Of a stretch of DNA of 29,941 bases, positions 17,212 to 23,706 are shown piece by piece. The position numbers and the translations under genes were made by a program. Position 1 is the first letter of the stretch. Every line of letters starts with the position of its first letter. The stretch comes from Candidatus Undinarchaeales archaeon (GTDB taxonomy: Archaea > SpSt-1190 > JASMDC01): NCBI GenBank assembly GCA_030753015.1, contig JASMDC010000044.1:1-29941 (forward strand), written 5' to 3'. The notes beneath the pieces are model-generated. The model was not told the DNA's origin. It did not search any database and worked only from the letters and a program-made list of their open reading frames with translations.

Positions 17212-18067
17212 CGACGTTGCCTGGCTGGAGGAGCGGGACCTGGGCTCCGACCTCACGCGGGCGGAGATCATGGAGCTGTTCGGATTCGATCCGTCCAAGC
17301 GCTACGTGGTGCGCCTGGCCGACCGGTGGTCCGACATCGCCTTCCTGCACGAGCAGGGAGTGGTGCAGCTGCGGGAGAAGGGCGAGCCCCAGGGGACATA
17401 CTATCTCTCCCCCGAGGACCTGCGGGTGCGCAACGAGCCCAAGCTCTATGGCGCGGTGTTCTCGTCCCTCTCGGACCAGTACCGAACCATCGCCAGCGCG
17501 TTCTCCATCGCCCAGCGGATCGCTGAGAGCCTGGGGCATGCCATCTCTCTCAAGGACTTCCTCAACCTTGTCACCCTCCTTGAAAAGGAGGTGACACTCA
17601 AGCAGGCGGCCGTGCACGTCCCCGGCCACGGGACGGTCACTGAGACCGAGCGGCGGACCATGTTCGCCGAGCTCAAGCGCCTGCGCTACCAGATCCTCGA
17701 GCGGATCTACGAGGTGCGGCACGCGAGGGAGGACTTCGACCACGCCATGGAGCGACTTGGTGAGGGCGACGACATCCACTTCGCTGCAGAGCTGCAGCGC
17801 ACGAACCTCATGCGCATGGAGCGTGCCGAGCGCGAGCTCGAGCAGTCCATCAAGGAGTACAACACGATGGACGAGACCCTCTTCACCCAGGAGGGGGCGT
17901 TCATCATGGACCCTGCCGGTGAGGACATCGTGGTCGAGGTGTACCGCATGCCCGAGAAGGTGCCGGAACAGAAGGACATGCCCCCGCCCAAGCCTGTGCA
18001 GAACACGCCTGTCCCGACCATGGAGCGCCACCGGCCCCTGTCGCTCGAAGCGCAGCCGCCGACATAG
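17192..18067 (+). CDS. hypothetical protein coupled to smc (possible winged helix plus coiled coil); start uncertain (ATT 17192 or ATG 17270)
   Basis: The frame is open from 17186 with host-like codons (DDVAWLEERDLGSDLTRAEI) before the first ATG. SD-like GGGGGTGA lies 6 nt before ATT 17192. No ScpA DPWxID motif. Confidence 0.8.
   Translation: MPTQSSDDVAWLEERDLGSDLTRAEIMELFGFDPSKRYVVRLADRWSDIAFLHEQGVVQLREKGEPQGTYYLSPEDLRVRNEPKLYGAVFSSLSDQYRTIASAFSIAQRIAESLGHAISLKDFLNLVTLLEKEVTLKQAAVHVPGHGTVTETERRTMFAELKRLRYQILERIYEVRHAREDFDHAMERLGEGDDIHFAAELQRTNLMRMERAERELEQSIKEYNTMDETLFTQEGAFIMDPAGEDIVVEVYRMPEKVPEQKDMPPPKPVQNTPVPTMERHRPLSLEAQPPT
18011..18061 (+). repeat. 51-bp direct repeat, copy 1 (3' end of the post-smc gene; attL-like)
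   Basis: GTCCCGACCATGGAGCGCCACCGGCCCCTGTCGCTCGAAGCGCAGCCGCCG is 48/51 identical to 19183-19233. Confidence 0.95.
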
Positions 18068-18105
18068 ACGGTCACCCTTGGCCTAAGCGTGGGTGCGGTT
18101 CCGGG

Positions 18106-18164
18106 TTTGTAATTTTATAAACAGAAAGATATAAATTACGCCCATCTGTATATATAATTACAAA
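18106..18164. promoter_or_regulatory. 20-bp imperfect inverted repeat over the HEPN-MNT promoter, probable operator
   Basis: TTTGTAATTTTATAAACAGA (18106-18125) and TCTGTATATATAATTACAAA (18145-18164) are complementary at 18/20 positions, with a 19-nt spacer. The repeat contains the TATA elements. Confidence 0.7.
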
Positions 18165-18173
18165 GCGATTGTC

Positions 18174-18524
18174 ATGAAAAGCGAGGATCATCTGCGGAAG
18201 GCCCGGAGGCTAGAAGCGTCAGCAGGGAAGCTCATCTCCTCGAGTGGTGATGACAGCGAACTCGCATGCGAGGGATTCTACGGTGCTGCGCAGCATTTCT
18301 TATCGCATGGTCTCGAACGGCGCCTCGGGCGTCACATCGACACTCATGAGGGCATGAGCAGGCTCTTGAGAAGGAACGACTTCAACGAGATCGCTGTGGC
18401 GTTCGATAGGCTCGACATCATCCGTCACGGCCAGTGGTACGGCAGAAAAGGGAACGGTGATGTTGCCAAGGGAGCTTCCGCCCTCGTATCCCGCATCAGG
18501 AGGTGGGCGGTTGAGGAAGGATGA
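18174..18524 (+). CDS. HEPN domain protein (putative toxin of a HEPN-MNT pair)
   Basis: Helical 116 aa: HLRKARRLEASA, ACEGFYGAAQH, THEG and RHGQWY (Rx4Y variant). Adjacent to an MNT gene. Confidence 0.8.
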   Translation: MKSEDHLRKARRLEASAGKLISSSGDDSELACEGFYGAAQHFLSHGLERRLGRHIDTHEGMSRLLRRNDFNEIAVAFDRLDIIRHGQWYGRKGNGDVAKGASALVSRIRRWAVEEG

Positions 18525-19110
18525 CAGGAAGGCCATCGACGAGTTCGTCGAGCGGGCCCGGACTCTGTCTGGCCTTGAGGCCATCATGCTCTTCGGTTCC
18601 CTCGCTAGGGGTGAAGAGGACAAGCGTTCAGATATAGATCTACTCGTTATCGTGAAGGTGGGTGCTCAGGAGGCCCTTGTTGAGCCCCTTATGGATATCG
18701 CTTCGAGCGTTGATACGCACCGTCCAGTGCGTCCTGTGATCACCGATCTCAGCGATTATGATCCGGACTTTCTTCAAAACGCGTTACGGGAGGGGATAGT
18801 GCTCTTCGGTAAGGTTGTGATCTCCCCGGACACCTTGGCTCTCATGCCGTACACTATCATCTCGTACTCACTGAAGGGTATGACAGCACGCGGGAAGGTG
18901 GCCATCCACCGGGCCGTCCATGGCTACCGTGTGGAGACCAGGAAAGGGGGACGGACGTACGTCAGCGAACGTTCCGGTCTCGTGGATAAAGATGCGGTCC
19001 ACAAGCTCGGGCGCGGCGTCATCGCCCTCCCTGTGGAGGAAGCACGGGGATTCACCCGGGTGCTCGAAGAACTGGGGGCATCGTACTCGATGAGAAAGGT
19101 GTGGTTGTAG
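18511..19110 (+). CDS. minimal nucleotidyltransferase (MNT) with a C-terminal Cas2/VapD/PaaX-like extension
   Basis: IMLFGSLARGEEDKRSDIDLLVI is the GS...DxD motif. TTG 18511 lies 5 nt after SD AGGAGGTG. About 85 extra C-terminal residues. Confidence 0.85.
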   Translation: MRKDDRKAIDEFVERARTLSGLEAIMLFGSLARGEEDKRSDIDLLVIVKVGAQEALVEPLMDIASSVDTHRPVRPVITDLSDYDPDFLQNALREGIVLFGKVVISPDTLALMPYTIISYSLKGMTARGKVAIHRAVHGYRVETRKGGRTYVSERSGLVDKDAVHKLGRGVIALPVEEARGFTRVLEELGASYSMRKVWL

Positions 19111-19117
19111 CTTTCAT

Positions 19118-19148
19118 TACAGATTCGTTAATCCCTTAATAATCTGTA
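19118..19148. repeat. inverted repeat downstream of the MNT gene
   Basis: TACAGATT-N15-AATCTGTA, perfect 8-bp arms with an inner TTAA/TTAA. Confidence 0.6.
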
Positions 19149-19182
19149 TTTCTAACTACATACTCCCACCATGATCTCAAGA

Positions 19183-19233
19183 GTCCCGACCATGGAGCGC
19201 CATCGGCCCCTTTCGCTGGAAGCGCAGCCGCCG
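19183..19233 (+). repeat. 51-bp direct repeat, copy 2 (attR-like)
   Basis: Same sequence as 18011-18061 with three third-position changes (CAC/CAT, CTG/CTT, CTC/CTG). Confidence 0.95.
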
Positions 19234-19291
19234 GCGTGTATAAGTGTTTTAAATCCGAGGGCCCAATACTACGACAGTGGTAGGGCAAGTT

Positions 19292-19510
19292 ATGCGCATG
19301 GGCAGGTCCTTACCTCTCCTGGCTCTCGTGCTGGCCCTCATCCTTTCCAGTACCACGGCCGTCGAGAGCTGCTCCGAGGGCGGTTACTGCCCCGAACGCA
19401 CGCTGACCTTCACAAAGCACGTCATCGCGGACAAGCTCGATCAACCGAACTCGGTGGCCTCGGCGGACCTGGACGGCGACGGCGTCCTGGACGGCGGCCA
19501 GCGCCAATAG
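19292..19510 (+). pseudogene. truncated secreted FG-GAP/VCBS-repeat protein (5' fragment)
   Basis: Signal peptide RSLPLLALVLALILSSTTA, then FTKHVIADKLDQPNSVASADLDGDGVLD. The ORF ends within the first repeat. Confidence 0.7.
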
Positions 19511-19879
19511 GTCCAGTCCTTGTGCACGGGCTGCGGCCAACACTTCACCGAACAGGACGCGCCCGACACCATTTCCCCGGAACGACGGGTCCACCGCCAG
19601 GTCGTGGACGTACACGCACTCGGGATCGGGCACGGGCATGTCCTGCAGAAAGTTGATGGGCGCCACCCAACCGGACCGCGCCGGATGGAACACGATGTAG
19701 CCTGCGACGACACCGCCCACATCTAGCACGTGGCATCCATCCTGATGCATGACAATCTTGTGGAGGAAGGCCTCGGCGCTCTCCAGGTAGCACGACGCGT
19801 AGCATTGGAACTGGATGGCCAATATCCTGGGTATGTCGGAGTGGGTCATGGGGCGCACGGTGCCGTTCTGCAGGTCCAC
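19481..19879 (-). pseudogene. GNAT-family N-acetyltransferase, 3'-truncated (ORF reads on to 19310 through the antisense of the FG-GAP fragment)
   Basis: VYVHDLAVDPSFRGNGVGRVL is acetyl-CoA motif A. The expected A..FW/Y...GF motif after ALAAVQDA is absent. Start is GTG 19879 (or TTG 19900). Confidence 0.7.
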
Positions 19880-19931
19880 GTACCAATACTCGACCGCCAA
19901 CCATAAAAGGCTAGCGGGCCCTCCGCTGACC

Positions 19932-22055
19932 GTGGCGAGCGTCGAGCTCCTGGCACCGGCCTCCGACCTGGATACGGTCGGTCTTGCTGTGGACGCCGGA
20001 GCGGACGCGGTCTACGTGGGTGCCCGACGGTTCAACGCTCGCCAACGCGCATCGCGGCTGGACATGCCCGGCCTTCGCCAGGCCATCGCCCTCTGCCACG
20101 ACGCGAACGTGCGTGTCCACATCCCAGTTAACACCTTAATCCGGGACACTGAGCTCGTAAAGGCCGTGGAGCTCTGCGGGGAGCTGTACACTGCCGGGGC
20201 CGACGCCCTCATCCTCCAGGACCTGGGGCTTGCGTCCTTGGCGAAGGAGACCGTCTCGGACGACTGTGAGCTGCATGCCTCCACCCAGTGCAACGTCCAG
20301 TCAACGACCACTGCTCTTGAGCTGGCCGGTCGCGGTTTCGCCCGCGCCATCCTTGCCCGGGAGCTGTCATTGGACGAGGTACGGACAATCGTTCGTGATG
20401 CAGCGCCCATGGGAATCGAACTGTTCGCCCATGGTGCTCTGTGCTTCTGCTATTCGGGGCTGTGCCAGATGTCCGGGTTCATCGGGAAGCGCTCGGGCAA
20501 CCGCGGGCTGTGCGCCCAGCCGTGCCGGTTCGACTACCGGATCGTAGGAGCGGAACGGTCACGGGGGCCCATGCCACTGTCCATGCGCGAACTGAGGACC
20601 ACTGGACAACTGGGGGATATCCTCGCCGCCGGGCCCCGTGCCCTGAAGATCGAGGGACGGAGCAGGAGCGGGGCTTATGTCCACACGGCGACACGTGTGT
20701 ACCGTCGTCTCATCGACCAGTATAGTGAAACAGGGTTGGCCCGTCCGACGGAGGACGAGCTACGGGAGCTTGAGGTCGTGTTCACCCGAGGATTCACCAA
20801 GGGCCGTCTCCTCGGCGACGGGAACCGCAAAGTGCTGGCTCCAGACCGCGGTATCAGCTGCGGGCTCCCGGTGGGTCATGTCGTGTCAGTGGACGAGCGG
20901 GCGGGGACGGCCACGGTCCGATTCGCACGCGAAGCACAGGCAGGCGATACGCTCGCTGTGCACGAGCCCAGGGGTCGCCTCCTGGTGCACCACATCGTAG
21001 GTCGGAAGGCGCGGGCGGGGGACGCGCAGCGCATTCCCCTCAGGGGCCGTCCGTCCGGTCTTGTGGGGAAGGAGGTGTTCGTGTCATCAACCCAGGGCAT
21101 CGACCAGGCCCTTGAGGACGCTCGGAAGCGTGCAAGGACGAACCTCCCTCGTGAGCCGTCCCTGGAGCGGGAGGGGCGACCGTTACCGCGTATCAAGCTC
21201 CCTGCAAAGAAACACGGCGCAGCCAAGGATGGACCACCTCTTCTCCGTGCCCATCTCCCATGGGGAGCGTCACCTGACGACCATCTGGCAGCGGGTGCCG
21301 ACCAGGTCATACTCCAGGTACCACCGCGGGCCGACGATACGCTTGATGCCTGGCTCTCGGACCGTGTCGTGCTGTGGTTCCCACCCTACATGGGCGATGC
21401 CCATCGCCTTCTGGTAGAGGGCGCCGTCGACGTATATCGCAAGGTCGTGGGCGGTTTCATGGCGGGTGACCTGGGCACACTTGCTCTGCTCTCCAAGCTC
21501 CTTGCGGACGAGCCCGAGAAGGTGCTCGGTGACCACTGGCTCAACGTCTTCAACGCCCACTCCCTCGCGAGCGTGGCCCGCTTCACTCCCAAGATCTGTC
21601 TCTCCCAGGAACTCACCTTGCACCAGGCAGGCTTCATCTCTTCCCGCAGGCCCCCAGCGGTCACTGAGCTCGAGATCGTTGCAGGCGGAAACCAGCAGGT
21701 GATGGCCACGGCCAACTGTGTGCTGGACGGGATCGTGGGGGACTGTATACATGACCAGGGGCATTGCCATCTGACCTTCGAGCTGGAGGACCGCACCGGC
21801 CACAGGTTCCCTGCGCACACGGACCCCTTCTGCCGCACGCATATCTTCAACGCCAATCCCCTGGTCGCCCATGACCGCATCGACGCCTTCCGTGACGCTG
21901 GCGTCGACGTCCTCCGGCTCGACCTGCGCGGGATGTGCCGAAAGGACGGTATCGATATCCTCACAGCATACCGTCAGGTGCTGGACGGCGATCAGGTCCC
22001 TCCACCTCGGCCCAATACCTTCACTCGAGGTCACCTGTTCAAGCCGGTGCATTAG
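19932..22055 (+). CDS. long U32-family protein (RlhA-like, putative Fe-S RNA hydroxylase)
   Basis: Motifs VELLAPA, GADAVYVG..FNAR, LHASTQ, ILARELS, HGALCFCYSGLCQMS, NRGLCAQPCR and LKIEGR, plus a second degenerate barrel. Start GTG 19932. Confidence 0.9.
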   Translation: MASVELLAPASDLDTVGLAVDAGADAVYVGARRFNARQRASRLDMPGLRQAIALCHDANVRVHIPVNTLIRDTELVKAVELCGELYTAGADALILQDLGLASLAKETVSDDCELHASTQCNVQSTTTALELAGRGFARAILARELSLDEVRTIVRDAAPMGIELFAHGALCFCYSGLCQMSGFIGKRSGNRGLCAQPCRFDYRIVGAERSRGPMPLSMRELRTTGQLGDILAAGPRALKIEGRSRSGAYVHTATRVYRRLIDQYSETGLARPTEDELRELEVVFTRGFTKGRLLGDGNRKVLAPDRGISCGLPVGHVVSVDERAGTATVRFAREAQAGDTLAVHEPRGRLLVHHIVGRKARAGDAQRIPLRGRPSGLVGKEVFVSSTQGIDQALEDARKRARTNLPREPSLEREGRPLPRIKLPAKKHGAAKDGPPLLRAHLPWGASPDDHLAAGADQVILQVPPRADDTLDAWLSDRVVLWFPPYMGDAHRLLVEGAVDVYRKVVGGFMAGDLGTLALLSKLLADEPEKVLGDHWLNVFNAHSLASVARFTPKICLSQELTLHQAGFISSRRPPAVTELEIVAGGNQQVMATANCVLDGIVGDCIHDQGHCHLTFELEDRTGHRFPAHTDPFCRTHIFNANPLVAHDRIDAFRDAGVDVLRLDLRGMCRKDGIDILTAYRQVLDGDQVPPPRPNTFTRGHLFKPVH

Positions 22056-22102
22056 GACCGGCAGGCCGAGCCTTTAAATAGGGTGATAGGGATAAGGTGT
22101 CC

Positions 22103-22411
22103 ATGGAGCATCCCGCCGTCTTCCACAAGCACTACGGCTCAGGCTACGGTCTGAACTGGGAAGATCTCGAGGAGGTGGTGCTCGACGCCCGTACAATGCA
22201 ACTGAAGCGTCTGCGGTTCACCAACGGTGTGGAGTGGGGCGGTGGCGCCTTCCGTGAGGGGGATACTTACGAGATGGGGAAGGCTCTGGGTGAGCTCACG
22301 CACTCGGCGGCCGATATGATGGTGCTCGCACGCATCCTTTCCCAGCGTATCGAGGCAATCGAGGACTTCCTTGCCCTCTGGGGGATAGACGGCGAACCAA
22401 AAGAGATTTAA
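22103..22411 (+). CDS. hypothetical protein
   Basis: TTTAAATA about 25 nt upstream and AAGGTG immediately upstream. Host-like codon usage. Start is 22097 or 22103. Confidence 0.7.
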   Translation: MEHPAVFHKHYGSGYGLNWEDLEEVVLDARTMQLKRLRFTNGVEWGGGAFREGDTYEMGKALGELTHSAADMMVLARILSQRIEAIEDFLALWGIDGEPKEI

Positions 22412-22467
22412 GGCGCGAGTACCTTGAAATTATGGTAAAAAAAGCTACCCGATAGGGGAGTGGGACC

Positions 22468-22626
22468 ATGGACGATGAACCAGTCGATTCAGGGTTGAGT
22501 AGCGAAGACGACGAGGCGAACATTACCACGTTCCAGCTCGAGGACATGGTCTGGGATATGGAAAAGGAGCGGCAGGAAAAGGCCAAGGAGGCCGCACCCG
22601 CCGAAGAAGAGGACGAATTCTTTTAA
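22468..22626 (+). CDS. small acidic protein, 52 aa (not in the ORF track)
   Basis: MDDEPVDSGLSSEDDEANITTFQLEDMVWDMEKERQEKAKEAAPAEEEDEFF*. SD-like GGGGAGTGG upstream. Fills the intergenic gap. Confidence 0.65.
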   Translation: MDDEPVDSGLSSEDDEANITTFQLEDMVWDMEKERQEKAKEAAPAEEEDEFF

Positions 22627-22691
22627 GGATCAAGTAAACTCCTGCGAGATCCATAGGAAGGGAAGGCGACGCATAGAGTTGATTCTATGTT

Positions 22692-23699
22692 TCAGCGGGC
22701 GATTAGGGCGTCGAGCTTCATGAGGAGCACCTCTACATCGTTCTCTTCCAGTTGAGGCTCCTTGCAGGTACCGAGTATCTCCTTGACGAACACCGTCACA
22801 TCCACGGCCTCGCCCTGGAGCGCACGGTGGTAGGCCGTGTTCATCTCCCTCTCGATGATGACAGCTGAATCGTGATGTGAAGCGACGAGGGAGAAGAGCA
22901 GCGTCTTGCGCGCTTCGACGTAGAAGGTCCGAACGCGCTCGGCCTTCCCGCCCACGAAGTATCCGTCATGGCGGGCCAGGATCGAGATGTCCCGTCCTTC
23001 TATATGGCCGAACTCGCCGAACAGGACCCAGATAAGCAGGAGGAAGAGCTTGCGCAGCACGCCCTCGCCCTCCATCCACGTCTCTGTGGTCTCGCATACC
23101 AACACTTCTTCCCTGTACCGGCGCATGATGGCCGCGGTCTCGCTCGTGGCAGCTGGTAGGTCGTCCACATCGCCGGGGATCTCCTCATACCCGAAGGCGA
23201 CCTCCTTCCCCTCGAACTCGCGCATGGAGTGCATGATGGCCGCCAGCACCAGGAAAAGCTTGGCGATGAACCAGATGAGCACCGCCCCCATCCCTCGCAG
23301 GAGGTAGAGGGGGAGGCGGACGAGCACGAAGATCACTCCCGCGTCCTGTGCGGTGAGCACCACGCACCGGAGCGCTCCCGCGGTGTTGTGAGGGACGAAC
23401 AGCTTCTTCTCCCCTGCATAGGCCACCGCTGACTTCACTGTCCCCAGCAGGAGGGGGATGACCACGAGGATGACCTGCTTGACCACGATATCGGCGGCGA
23501 TGATGGGGCGAAGGATTCGGGCACCAGGGACCATGATGATGAGCCCCCTCATCACGGCCTCGGCGGACACCCAGTAAGTGACGATGAACAGGAGGATCCA
23601 CAGTACCGCCAGCGTGAAGTTGAGCCTGCTCACCGGCGACGAGCGGATCTCGCGCTCCAGCGCCTGGGCGTAGAGCCGGACGAGTGTGTGGAGCTCCAT
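22692..23699 (-). CDS. hypothetical membrane protein (3-4 TM) downstream of pyrG
   Basis: 335-aa ORF starting 7 nt after the pyrG stop. Several hydrophobic segments. No recognisable family motif. Confidence 0.75.
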   Translation of the reverse strand: MELHTLVRLYAQALEREIRSSPVSRLNFTLAVLWILLFIVTYWVSAEAVMRGLIIMVPGARILRPIIAADIVVKQVILVVIPLLLGTVKSAVAYAGEKKLFVPHNTAGALRCVVLTAQDAGVIFVLVRLPLYLLRGMGAVLIWFIAKLFLVLAAIMHSMREFEGKEVAFGYEEIPGDVDDLPAATSETAAIMRRYREEVLVCETTETWMEGEGVLRKLFLLLIWVLFGEFGHIEGRDISILARHDGYFVGGKAERVRTFYVEARKTLLFSLVASHHDSAVIIEREMNTAYHRALQGEAVDVTVFVKEILGTCKEPQLEENDVEVLLMKLDALIAR

Positions 23700-23706
23700 G
23701 TACCCT

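Noticed and set aside
17208-17594. GTG-start ORF overlapping the smc stop
   Set aside because: The product is Arg/Ser/Pro/Trp-rich, typical of a shadow frame. Host-like codon usage is in the 17192/17270 frame.
17270-18067. Calling the post-smc gene scpA
   Set aside because: It lacks the N-terminal kleisin motif. The FLxLxxL-like segment is central rather than C-terminal.
19171-19656. 161-aa ORF starting MISRVPTMERHRPLSLEAQPP
   Set aside because: The match to the post-smc protein is only the 51-bp repeat. The rest is an off-frame read through the FG-GAP and GNAT fragments.
19815-19931. N-terminal extension of the U32 protein
   Set aside because: It overlaps the divergent GNAT gene. The family motif ELLAPA begins just after GTG 19932.
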